Source of the DNA: an uncultured beta proteobacterium
Lineage (GTDB): Bacteria; Pseudomonadota; Gammaproteobacteria; Burkholderiales; SG8-39
Direction: 5' to 3'
Length of the DNA stretch: 64,000 nt
Assembly: GCA_963735025.1 (NCBI GenBank)
Contig: CAVTJG010000009.1
Span: 1,771,424-1,835,423, forward strand
Below are positions 51,122 through 60,415 of the stretch, piece after piece. Position numbers and translations under genes: made by a program. The notes beneath the pieces were generated by a model. It made no database searches. It worked only from the letters and a program-made list of their open reading frames with translations, and was not told the origin of the DNA. The first letter of the stretch is position 1, and the number at the start of each line of letters is the position of its first letter.

Positions 51122-51502
51122 TTGTCATGTCGCGTGCGCCATCTTTCACGGACACTGGCCATGGCGAATCGCGAAAGTTGCGTCTGTCTCTCTGAATGCA
51201 GCAGTGTCCCAAAACCGCTTTTCCACAAGGGTCCTCAAATAGAACGCATCGAGCGAACCGAGATATTCGGTCGACATGTGATCTCAGCGATCGCCCTCAG
51301 CGCCTCCGGCGTAGGCTCACGCCGCGTCTGGGAGGTCGATGTGGCCGCAATGGGGCTTGCCAGCGGGCCCGATGTGCCGCTCGTTCGGTTATCGCCGTCT
51401 CGGTGGACTTTGGGCGGCGATCCGGGCAATGCAATCGAGGCCGCCATAGAAGAAGTGCGGCGCGTGCTCGACACGATCGATGTTGAGTCTCCGCCTGCCT
51501 GA
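51122..51502 (+). CDS. hypothetical protein (weak call)
   Basis: 126-aa track ORF. The 3' two-thirds has coding-like GC3. No family recognised. It occupies the DNA that replaces the missing 3' end of the GDPD gene on the other strand. Confidence 0.25.
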   Translation: MSCRVRHLSRTLAMANRESCVCLSECSSVPKPLFHKGPQIERIERTEIFGRHVISAIALSASGVGSRRVWEVDVAAMGLASGPDVPLVRLSPSRWTLGGDPGNAIEAAIEEVRRVLDTIDVESPPA

Positions 51503-51544
51503 CCGTCTCTCTTTTCCTGAATCGAATGCGGGCAACGCGCGATC

Positions 51545-52575
51545 GCGCGAGAAGCGCGGGCATTGGCGGAGCGAAGATCCGGACGCCCTTCTTCCGGATT
51601 TCCCGCAACTCCGCGTAGGTGAGGGGCGGCACTAGCGGCGTCGCGGTCGGATCGACGTCATCGAGATAGACCGCCTGCTTGCCGAACGCCGGCGCGTGCT
51701 TGATCCAGTACAGCACGTCGTTGATGTCGAACGACTGCAGCCAGACGTTCTTCGGGTCGACGCCTTCGGCGACCAGCGTGTCGATCATCTTCTGCGCGTA
51801 GGTTTCCTGGCCGCCGAAGATCGCATTGATGCGAGCGGGGTCGCCGCTCTTCAGCTCCGGCGTGTGCTTGACGCCCAGCTTCTCATTGAGTTCGATACTC
51901 TCCTTCAGCGTCATGAGCGTTCCGCGGCCGGTGTAGAGATCACTACGCCAGCTCGCGGTGCCGCCCAGAGACGCTTCGGCCGTCGTGGCGGCCGGGGTTG
52001 CTGGCGTCCATCTTGACGGTCAGCGTCTTGAACTGCTCGAGCGTGATGTCGCTTGTGCAGCACTTTGGCGACGAGTTCTGGCCGTTCCATGGCTTGGTAC
52101 ACCACCCGTTGAGATCGGTGTTGACGATGTTCGTGGTGGTGTGCAGGTCGCATTCGGAATGGCGGCAGACCAGCTCGCCATCCTTTGTGAACGTCACGTC
52201 ACATTCGACTATTCCAGCGCCCTGCCGCGCCCCGCTCACATAGGCCTCGCGGGTGTGCTCGGGAAACTGCAGCGCGGCGCCGCGATGCCCGATCGAGAAA
52301 TCGGTGCGGTAGAACGGCCCCTCCTTGCAGCTTTGCAGCTTGTCCTTGAGTCGGCTATCGTCCATGCCGTCGACCAGGTAGAACGGGCGCGGCCCGAGCT
52401 GCGCACCGGTGAGCGGCTTCCGGCGATCGTCATCGCCGTCACGGCTGCCTTTGTGATCGGAATCGTATCGGTTGTCGTTCGAGCGGGAGTCGGAATCGGC
52501 CAGCGCGGGGGATGCGGCAAACGTCGTCGCGGCCAGCAACACGACCAATCCGAGGGCGTGCGTATTGATGATCAC
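51545..52575 (-). pseudogene. glycerophosphodiester phosphodiesterase (GlpQ-like), frameshifted near 51991-51997 and 3'-truncated
   Basis: GTG 52575 gives the signal peptide [30 protein letters not shown] motif [24 protein letters not shown]. The corrected junction reads ..[46 protein letters not shown]. Similarity ends after GVRIFAPPM (about 51545) in all three frames. Confidence 0.75.
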
Positions 52576-52865
52576 CTCGAGTTCCTTCCGTGTGTTGTGG
52601 AGGTTTCGGTGGGACAGCGATACGACAATGTCATCCTCGCTTCCCGGAGCCAACATACGTGCGGACGATTGCTGCCTGGTGACCACAACGAGGCGCGGAC
52701 GTTACAGATTTCGCGCGATGGATTGCCTTGGTGGATGCACGGCGGCGCGCGTTGCGATGCTGCCATGACGCGACGCACATCGACACGTAGCCCTTTTGGA
52801 TATCCTGTCGGGGACGCCATGTGGTCTGTCGTCCGTCAGGCGTTCCGATCCAATGTGGAGCACCT

Positions 52866-53787
52866 GTGAAACCCATGATCCTTTTGGCAATTGTCACGAC
52901 GGTTCTGGCACTGGTTGGAATCTGGCTCTGGACGCCGGACAAGGACCGGGCGGAACTCGAAGCGCGCTACGCGAACACGCCGGCCGATTTCGTCGAGGTG
53001 GCGGGATTGCGAATGCACGTTCGCGACAGCGGACCGGAAGGACGCGCCGGTGGTGATCATGCTGCATGGCCTCGGGGCCAGCCTGCACACGTGGGAGGCC
53101 TGGGCGCGGGTGCTTTCGAGCGACCATCGTGTCATCCGGTTCGACTTGCCGGGCGCCGGGCTGACCGGGGCCGACCCGACGGGTGACTACTCGGATGAGC
53201 GCGGGATCGAGGTCCTGGTGGCGCTGATGGACAGGCTAGGCGCGCCGCGCGCGACCTTGATCGGACATTCGATGGGTGGACGACTCGCATGGAACTTCGC
53301 TGCGCGGCACCCCGAACGGCTCGACAGGCTGGTGCTGATCGCGCCCGATGGGTTCGCCAGCCCGGGTTTCGAATACGGCAAGAAGCCGGTCGTCGCGGCG
53401 CCAGTCAAGCTGATGCAATACGCGCTCCCCAAACCAATCTTGCGCATGAACCTCTCTCCCGCCTATGCGGATCCATCGGCATTGACCGACGATCTGGTCG
53501 CGCGCTACTACGACTTGCTGCTGGCACCTGGGGTGCGCACGGCGATGATTGCCCGGATGGCGCAGATGGTGTTGCAGGATCCTGTCCCGATGCTCGAGCG
53601 TATCGAGACGCCGACCCTGCTCGTCTGGGGAGAAATGGACGCGATGATTCCGGTCACCAACGCGGCGGACTACGTTCATGCGATGCCGAACGCGACGCTC
53701 GTGATGTTGCCGGGGGTAGGGCACTTGCCGCATGAGGAGTCGCCTGCGGCGTCCGTAGCGGCAGTGAAGTCATTCCTGGAACACTGA
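52866..53787 (+). pseudogene. alpha/beta-fold hydrolase, one extra base at about 53036-53037
   Basis: GTG 52866 (GGAG 5 nt upstream) gives an N-terminal TM, then ..RMHVRDSGP, then the second frame KDAPVVIMLHGLGASLHTW...GHSMGG...GHLPHEE (Ser-Asp-His triad context). Span is 922 nt, i.e. 3n+1. Confidence 0.8.
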
Positions 53788-53842
53788 GCCCGCGCCGCCT
53801 GTTACAGCGCGTAGATTTGCCCGACGCCTCCTAGCGGGCGCG

Positions 53843-54569
53843 TTACGACGTTTTTGCGGGCGGGGAGTTCTCGGCGCCGTCGCGAGGCAACTGTTCGAGG
53901 CGATAGCCGTGCTGATAGATGGCCGACAGTCGCCAACCGTTCTCCGGCAGCAGCCCGAGCTTGGTTCGCAGTCGGCTCACGTGGGTGTCCACCGTCCGGG
54001 TGTTGAGGTCGGGGCTGCGTCCCCAGACCGTCTCCAGGATGTGGCCGCGCGAGACGAGGTTGCCGACGTTCCGGAACAGGAACGTGGCGAGGTCGAAATC
54101 CTTTTGCGTCAGCTCGATCGACTGGCCGTTGCGGACGACGAGCCGCCGATCGGGATCGATCTCGAATTCGCCGACCCGGAACCCGGCGCGCGCCGCAGCG
54201 CGACCGCCGACGCCTGCGGACCAGCGCGCCGATCCTGGCAAGCAGCTCTTCCTTGCGGAGTGGCTTGACGAGGTAGTCGTCGGCACCCGCCTTGAGCGCC
54301 GCGACGATATCCTGCTCGTCGTCGCGCGCTGTCGTGAACAGGACCGGAACGCTATCGTGGCCGTTCGCGCGCACCCAGGCGAGCACCTCGTCGCCGTTCA
54401 CGTCCGGCAGCTCCCAGTCGAGCACTAGCAGGTCGAAGCTGTCGTGCGACAGTACGCGCATGAACTCGCGCGATCGGTCGAACGAGTGACAGATGTGACC
54501 TGCGCCCGAAAGCCACAGCCTTACCAGGTCGCTCTGCGCGGGATCATCCTCGAGGAGCGCGATTCTCAT
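53843..54569 (-). pseudogene. OmpR/PhoB-type response regulator, one extra base near 54190-54225
   Basis: Receiver MRIALLEDD...DLLVLDWELPDVNG...LVKPL, then a frame change into the winged helix FRVGEFEIDPDRRLVV..LTQKDFDLATFL..DTHVSRLRTKL. Span is 727 nt, i.e. 3n+1. Confidence 0.8.
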
Positions 54570-54571
54570 GG

Positions 54572-54893
54572 TCAGCCGAAAGTCACTTCCACCGAGTCGA
54601 GATACTCGGTCAGGCATTTCACCGCGGCGTCGAGCGCCGGGGCATCTCCTGCCTTGGCGAGGCGCTCGATTTCGTCGCCGATGCGAGGTGATGTCGTCGA
54701 AACCGTAGGCGGCCCCGGATCCTTTCATCGCATGCCCGATCGATCGGACCGTCTCGAAATCCGTCCGGTCGATCGCTTCTCGCAGCCGGTCGACGTCGCC
54801 GCGTCGGTGCGCGAGAAATCGCGGCGCGAGCTCGCGCAGCTCGGCGGAAACATGCACCAGGCGCGGACGCATCGATTTCGGAAAGTCACCCAT
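54572..54893 (-). pseudogene. Hpt (histidine phosphotransfer) protein, one extra base near 54690
   Basis: SIGHAMKGSGAAYGFDDITS (HxxKG phospho-His motif). The corrected reading continues LGDEIERLAKAGDAPALDAAVKCLTEYLDSVEVTFG-stop, 2 nt before the response-regulator ATG. Span is 322 nt, i.e. 3n+1. Confidence 0.7.
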
Positions 54894-54975
54894 GTCGATG
54901 ATTCTAGGGGCGGGGGCAGGGGCCAACGCGGGAATTTGCCCGGTGCGATCACATCTCGCGGGGAGAATTTCCGGA

Positions 54976-57462
54976 TTATTGCCAGGAAGCGGCATTGCGC
55001 CGCGCTTCGGGCAGCACTTGGCGCAGCGCGGCACCCAGCGATTCGAAAGTGACCGGCTTGGTGATGATTCCGTCACACCCCGACGCGAGTGCACGCTCCA
55101 CCTCGACGCCCTCCTGGTGGGCAGTCAGCGCGATGATGGTGCCGGTGTAGCCGCGCGTGCGCAGCACGTTGACCGCCTCGTAACCGTTCATCACGGGCAT
55201 CTCGATATCCATCAGCACGACGTCGAATTTGCTCGCCAATGCCGCCTCGACCGCCGAAAAGCCGTTCGTGACGCTGGCGACATCGAGTCCGAGCTTGCCG
55301 AGCTGCAACTCCAGCAGCGCGCGAATGTCCTCGTTGTCCTCGGCGAGCAGGACGCGGCCCACAAGTGGGTCGCGCGGCGCGAAAGCGTCGCTGATCGGTC
55401 GCACGGTCGCGGGTTTCGCGGCGGCCTCGGTCGGCAGCCGCACGCGAAAGGTCGACCCGACGCCTACCTTGGAATCCACTTCGAGCGATCCGCCCATCAA
55501 TGTGACCAGGTTTCGCGTGATCGCGAGTCCCAGGCCGGTGCCGCCGTGGCGCTGCGCCACCGAAGGATCCGCCTGCTGGTAGGGCTCGAATATGCGCTGC
55601 ATGGCCTCGTCCGGAATGCCCGGTCCGGTGTCGCGAACCTCGAATACGAGCGCGGCGACGTGCCATGCGACGATCAGCTCGGCTTGCCCGGCCTCGGTGA
55701 AGCGCAGGGCATTGGAGAGGAGATTGATCAGCACCTGGCGTACGCGGAACGCGTCGAGCATCACCGCCGCGGGGAGCGGCGTGTTCCGCGAGAACTTCAG
55801 GCGAATCCGCTTTTCTTCGGCAAATGGAAGCATCGAGTTCACCACGCCTCGGCAGAGCTGGTCCGGGTCCTCCGGTGCGAGCGCGATCGTGAGCGTGCCC
55901 GCCTCGATCTTCGCCAGGTCGAGGTTGTTGTTGACCAGCTGCAGCAGGTGCTCGCAGTTGCGCGCGATGATTGCGCTGTTCTTGATGCGCGCCTCCCGCC
56001 CGAGGTCCTCGGTGAACTGATTGACCTTGTTGAAGCCCATGATCGCCGTGAGCGGTGTGCGCAGCTCGTGCGTGAGGTCGTTCAGGACCGACGTCTTGAG
56101 CCGGTTGGCTTCCTGTGCCGCGAGGGTCTCGTACCGCAGGCGCCGCCGCTCGTCGTAGAGCAGGAAGAGCCACAACGAGCCGACAATTGCGAGCGTCGCA
56201 ATCCCCGCGATCAGCGCAAACAGCCATCGGCTTTGCAGGCCGCCGGCGAACAGCAGCGTCCCGGTGATCGCGAAAAAGAGCGGCAAGGTCAAGAACGCGG
56301 CAATGAAGTGTCGGGGGGTCGCTTCGGCTCCGCGCCGCAGCAGCAGCACGCCGAGCCCGAGCGCCACGATCACGAGCAGGCCGTCCACCCAGGGCTTCGG
56401 TGGCGTGAGGACATTGCCCTCGCCGAGACTTGCGTAGGTGATCGCGGAAAGGCGCAGACTCGACACGCGTCCGAGCGGGGTATAGACGAAATCGCCGGAA
56501 GTTACGCTCGACACGCCGATGAACACCGTCTTGCCCGCGACTTCGCGCGCCAGATCCTCGTAGCCCGGCTTGCCGGCTGCGGCAAGCGCGAGCCTGTCGA
56601 ACCGGATGACCTGGAGACCGTCCATGTTGGCCGGATAACGGAGCAGCGCTTCACCGTCGCCGGTCACCGGTATCCGCGCGCGCGCCAGCTGGACCACGCC
56701 GTTGGAATACGTCGGTTGCGCCTCTTCGCCGGCCGAGGCGAGCAGCGCGGCGGCCGGCAGGCTGGGATAGATGAGGCCCTGCGCCGCGTGGAATAGCCCG
56801 ATCCTGCGCACGACGCCATCGTCGTCGGCGCGAATGTTGACGACGCCCACTCGGGCACCGCTGTCCTGCAGGTACTTCTCCAGCGGCAGCTTCAGGTAGT
56901 GCCAGCCGATATGAGGCAGCCCTTGCTCGCTGCTCGTGCGCAGGAACCCACCGGGGGTGGTGGTGTACATGAGCTCGCGGCCGATCGCGCGCGCGGCGAG
57001 GCGGCGACCATACCCTTCGGCCGAATCCAGCGTAATCGGAAGTCCCGCAGCGGCGAGCACCATGTTGGGCTTGAGCGCTTCGGCGAAGTGCTGTGACCCG
57101 GACCGCTCTTCCGCAAGCAGCAGATTGAAGGCGACAGTGCGCGCCCCGTGCTCCGTGAGGTACCGGGCTGAGTCGGCGAACACGTCGTGCGCATACGGCC
57201 ATGGACCGTACTCACGCGACAGGCGCTCGATCGCCGCTTCGTCCGCATCGAACACCACGACCGAGTCCAGATTGATCGGCCGGGCGAGCAAGCCCTGCTG
57301 GACGTCATAGAGCCACCAGTTCAGCCGCTGGTAGAGAGTGGTCTGGGCGAGCAGAATCGCGAGCAGCAGCCCCGCCGCGCAAACGGCCACTGCCCGCCCG
57401 CCTGCGTTGCCCGACACGCGATCGGTAAGCACGACGTTCGTTTTCCCCCCGGAACGATTCAT
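54976..57462 (-). CDS. hybrid sensor histidine kinase with CHASE2-like periplasmic domain and C-terminal receiver
   Basis: H-box LTHELRTPLTAIMGF, G-boxes DTGPGIP and GTGLGLAI, receiver VLMDIEMPVMNGYEA. The N-terminal ~300 aa sensor followed by 3 TM helices resembles CHASE2. Confidence 0.85.
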   Translation of the reverse strand: MNRSGGKTNVVLTDRVSGNAGGRAVAVCAAGLLLAILLAQTTLYQRLNWWLYDVQQGLLARPINLDSVVVFDADEAAIERLSREYGPWPYAHDVFADSARYLTEHGARTVAFNLLLAEERSGSQHFAEALKPNMVLAAAGLPITLDSAEGYGRRLAARAIGRELMYTTTPGGFLRTSSEQGLPHIGWHYLKLPLEKYLQDSGARVGVVNIRADDDGVVRRIGLFHAAQGLIYPSLPAAALLASAGEEAQPTYSNGVVQLARARIPVTGDGEALLRYPANMDGLQVIRFDRLALAAAGKPGYEDLAREVAGKTVFIGVSSVTSGDFVYTPLGRVSSLRLSAITYASLGEGNVLTPPKPWVDGLLVIVALGLGVLLLRRGAEATPRHFIAAFLTLPLFFAITGTLLFAGGLQSRWLFALIAGIATLAIVGSLWLFLLYDERRRLRYETLAAQEANRLKTSVLNDLTHELRTPLTAIMGFNKVNQFTEDLGREARIKNSAIIARNCEHLLQLVNNNLDLAKIEAGTLTIALAPEDPDQLCRGVVNSMLPFAEEKRIRLKFSRNTPLPAAVMLDAFRVRQVLINLLSNALRFTEAGQAELIVAWHVAALVFEVRDTGPGIPDEAMQRIFEPYQQADPSVAQRHGGTGLGLAITRNLVTLMGGSLEVDSKVGVGSTFRVRLPTEAAAKPATVRPISDAFAPRDPLVGRVLLAEDNEDIRALLELQLGKLGLDVASVTNGFSAVEAALASKFDVVLMDIEMPVMNGYEAVNVLRTRGYTGTIIALTAHQEGVEVERALASGCDGIITKPVTFESLGAALRQVLPEARRNAASWQ

Positions 57463-57642
57463 TCTAGCCCATGCACGCGACGGTCGCGGGCGAGGAATGG
57501 CGGCCAATGCCAAATCCCGCCGCCCTCACTGGCGGCCGGCGAGTGCGGCCAGGCACGTGGCTGGCTGCAGAGGGCCGACCAGCAGGCTATCCTCCCCCCT
57601 TTTCCCGCCCTATCACCACGCACGGGGGAGACAGATCTGACG

Positions 57643-58626
57643 ATGAAATTCTGCATTGTGGGAGCCGGGGCAATCGGTGGAATGGTCGGCGCACGGCTCG
57701 CGATGGCGGGACACGAAGTCGCGCTCGTCGCACGCGGCGAGCATCTGGCAGCGATACGCACGCACGGGCTGACTTATCGCGCGCCGGACGGTCGCGAGAC
57801 GCGGCTGCGACTGCCGGCTTCGGATCGGCCCGAGGATTTCGGCCGCCAGGACGCCGTGGTCATTGCCCTCAAGGCGCACTCGATCGCGCCGATGCTCGCG
57901 CGACTGCACCCACTGCTTGCCGCCGACACGCCTGTCGTGACAGCCATCAACGGCTTGCCCTGGTGGTACTTTTACGGTGAGGGCAGCGCGCACGACGGCA
58001 GTCCCATCCAGTGCCTCGATTCGGATGAGGCGATGCGGCGTGCCGTGGACCCGTCTCACCTCCTCGGTTGCGTCGTGCATGCAGCGGCCGAGGTTCCCGA
58101 CGCGGGCGTCATCAACCACACCGCCGGCCGCGATTTCATCCTGGGCGAGCTCGACGGAAGCACGAGCAGGCGCATCCGGGCGCTCGCCGATGCGTTCACG
58201 GGCGCGGGACTCGCGGCGCGAATCACGTCCCGTATCCGGGACGAAGTCTGGACGAAGCTCATCGGAAACCTTTCGGTCAATCCGATCTCGGCGCTCACCG
58301 GGGCCCGCATCGGCGAGGTCCTGGACAATCCCGAGCTTTGCGCGCTGGCGCGCGCGATGATGGCCGAGGGCATGCGCGTTGCCGACGCCTACGGTGCCCG
58401 CATTTCGGTGACCATCGACGAGCGCATCGAGCTGGGGCGCAAGGTCGGGGGCGCCAAACCTTCGATGCTGCAGGACATGGAGAAGGGCCGTCCCCTCGAG
58501 ATCGACGCCATCGTCGCCTCGGTGGTCGAGTTGGGGCGCCGCGTCGGGGTCGCGACGCCGAGCGTCGAGAACGTCGCGGCGCTGATCCGGGCCCGCGAAA
58601 AGCACGCGGCGCCGCAAGCCGGATAG
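57643..58626 (+). CDS. panE: 2-dehydropantoate 2-reductase (ketopantoate reductase family)
   Basis: GGGGGAG SD. MKFCIVGAGAIGGMVGARLA Rossmann motif; SMLQDMEKGRPLEIDAI C-terminal motif. Confidence 0.8.
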   Translation: MKFCIVGAGAIGGMVGARLAMAGHEVALVARGEHLAAIRTHGLTYRAPDGRETRLRLPASDRPEDFGRQDAVVIALKAHSIAPMLARLHPLLAADTPVVTAINGLPWWYFYGEGSAHDGSPIQCLDSDEAMRRAVDPSHLLGCVVHAAAEVPDAGVINHTAGRDFILGELDGSTSRRIRALADAFTGAGLAARITSRIRDEVWTKLIGNLSVNPISALTGARIGEVLDNPELCALARAMMAEGMRVADAYGARISVTIDERIELGRKVGGAKPSMLQDMEKGRPLEIDAIVASVVELGRRVGVATPSVENVAALIRAREKHAAPQAG

Positions 58627-58795
58627 CGGCCTTGATCTGCATCACGCGCGCGCTCGGCGCGTCAGGCCGCACTGGCATGTTTGGCCCCCGCGAGGCAGAT
58701 CGGTTAATCTAGCTACCGTTCGGCGCAGTCGCCAGAAGAGCAGTCGCCAAGAGAGCGGCGCCGGAATTCATTTCGATCACTCGAGGAGGGTACCC

Positions 58796-59839
58796 ATGGT
58801 TTCGAAACGACTTATCGCGTCCGCATTCGCCACGTTCGCCACTTTCACAATTGCCGGACTCGTGGCCGCCGCGCCGGCAGCCGCGCAGACGACACTGACG
58901 CTTTCCGCCTGGGTGCCGCCACAGCACCTGCTCACCCGAGCCATGCTCGAGTGGGCCAACGAGGTCGAAAAGGCCTCCGGCGGCCGCATCAAGCACACGC
59001 TCGTTCCGAAAGCGGTCGCCGCACCGCCCGGCACGTTCGACGCGGTGCGCGATGGCCTCGCCGATGTGTCCTTCAGCGTCGACGGCTATACGCCTGGCCG
59101 GTTCGTGCTCACCCGCATGGCGGAGTTTCCGCAGCTCGGGGACACCGCCACCAGCGTCTCGGTCGCCTACGAGCGCATCTCGCGCAAATATTTCGCGAAG
59201 GCGGACGAGCACAAGGGTGTCAAGGTACTCACGGTGTTCACCCATGGACCCGGCGAGATCTACAACACCAAGCGTCCGATCAACACGATCGGCGATCTCG
59301 CCGGACTCAAGATCCGTGTCGGCGGTGGCATGATCAATGAGCTTGCCAAGAATCTCGGGGTGGACGCGCTGCTCAAGCCGGCGCCGCAGTCCTACGAGAT
59401 CCTTTCGTCCGGGGTGGCCGACGGCGTGTTCTTCCCGGCTGAATCGGTCGCGTCGTTCAAGCTCGAGAAGCTGATCAAGTTCGCGACGCTGGTGCCGGGC
59501 GGGCTCTACAACACCTCGTTCGCGTTCATCATGAATCCTGAGAAGTACAACAAGATGTCGCCCGCGGACAAGAAGGTGATCGACGACTGGTCGGGCGAGA
59601 AGCTCGCGCGCCTGGTCGGCAAGTTCTGGGACAAGGGCGACGAGGTCGGCCGCGAGGCGCTCAAGACCAACAACGTCCCGACGATCACCGCGAATGCGGC
59701 GTTCCTTGCCGAGCTGGACACCAAGATTGGCCCGCTCGAGCAGAACTGGTACAAGCTGGCGGCAGAGAAGGGTATCGACGGCAAGAAAGTGCTTGCCGAG
59801 TTCCGCGCCGAGGTAAGGAAGGTCGCGGCGGGCCAGTAG
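58796..59839 (+). CDS. dctP: TRAP transporter substrate-binding protein (DctP family)
   Basis: GAGGAGGG SD, signal peptide, DctP-like fold motifs. Followed by the small and large permease genes. Confidence 0.85.
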   Translation: MVSKRLIASAFATFATFTIAGLVAAAPAAAQTTLTLSAWVPPQHLLTRAMLEWANEVEKASGGRIKHTLVPKAVAAPPGTFDAVRDGLADVSFSVDGYTPGRFVLTRMAEFPQLGDTATSVSVAYERISRKYFAKADEHKGVKVLTVFTHGPGEIYNTKRPINTIGDLAGLKIRVGGGMINELAKNLGVDALLKPAPQSYEILSSGVADGVFFPAESVASFKLEKLIKFATLVPGGLYNTSFAFIMNPEKYNKMSPADKKVIDDWSGEKLARLVGKFWDKGDEVGREALKTNNVPTITANAAFLAELDTKIGPLEQNWYKLAAEKGIDGKKVLAEFRAEVRKVAAGQ

Positions 59840-59897
59840 GCGGCCGGGCAGAAAGCGAAAGGGCGCGGCGCGGGCGCAAGCCTGCGCCGCTCGCTTG

Positions 59898-60383
59898 ATG
59901 CGGTTCGTACCGGGATCATTCGGCCGCGCGGGAGACGCGCTGGTCGGCGGCATCGCGGCCATCATCCTGTTCGGCATGATGGCGCTCACTTTTGTCGACG
60001 TGTTCATGCGCTACGTCGTCGGCGATTCGATCCGCGGCAGTTTCGAGATCACCGAGCTCATGATGGTGATCCTCATATTCGCGGGACTGCCGCTCGTTTC
60101 GCGCAAGGACGAGCACGTGACCGTTGATCTCGTCGAGCACGCACTGCCGACGGGCATTCGGAAAGCGCTGCGCATCGTCGCGGACCTCGTCTGCGGGGCG
60201 GCGCTGCTCGGCATGTGCTGGCTGATGTGGCGCAAGGCAGGCGAAGTGGTCGGCTACGGCGACGTCACGGCTGCACTGCGAATCATCCTGTGGCCGTTCG
60301 TGTACTTCATGTGTGCGCTCGCGCTCGTGACCGCCCTGATTCACTTCTACAAAGCGTTCCGTCGGCCGGACGACCTCGGCTGA
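59898..60383 (+). CDS. dctQ: TRAP transporter small permease (DctQ family)
   Basis: About 160 aa with 4 TM helices. Track ORF begins at TTG 59895; ATG 59898 preferred. Confidence 0.8.
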   Translation: MRFVPGSFGRAGDALVGGIAAIILFGMMALTFVDVFMRYVVGDSIRGSFEITELMMVILIFAGLPLVSRKDEHVTVDLVEHALPTGIRKALRIVADLVCGAALLGMCWLMWRKAGEVVGYGDVTAALRIILWPFVYFMCALALVTALIHFYKAFRRPDDLG

Positions 60384-60415
60384 CGGAGGCATCCATGAAT
60401 CGCGAAAGCGTGTAG

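Noticed and set aside
52906-52922. TGGCAC-N5-GGAA, resembling a sigma-54 -24/-12 promoter.
   Set aside because: The -12 element does not match TTGC, and the site lies inside the hydrolase coding sequence.
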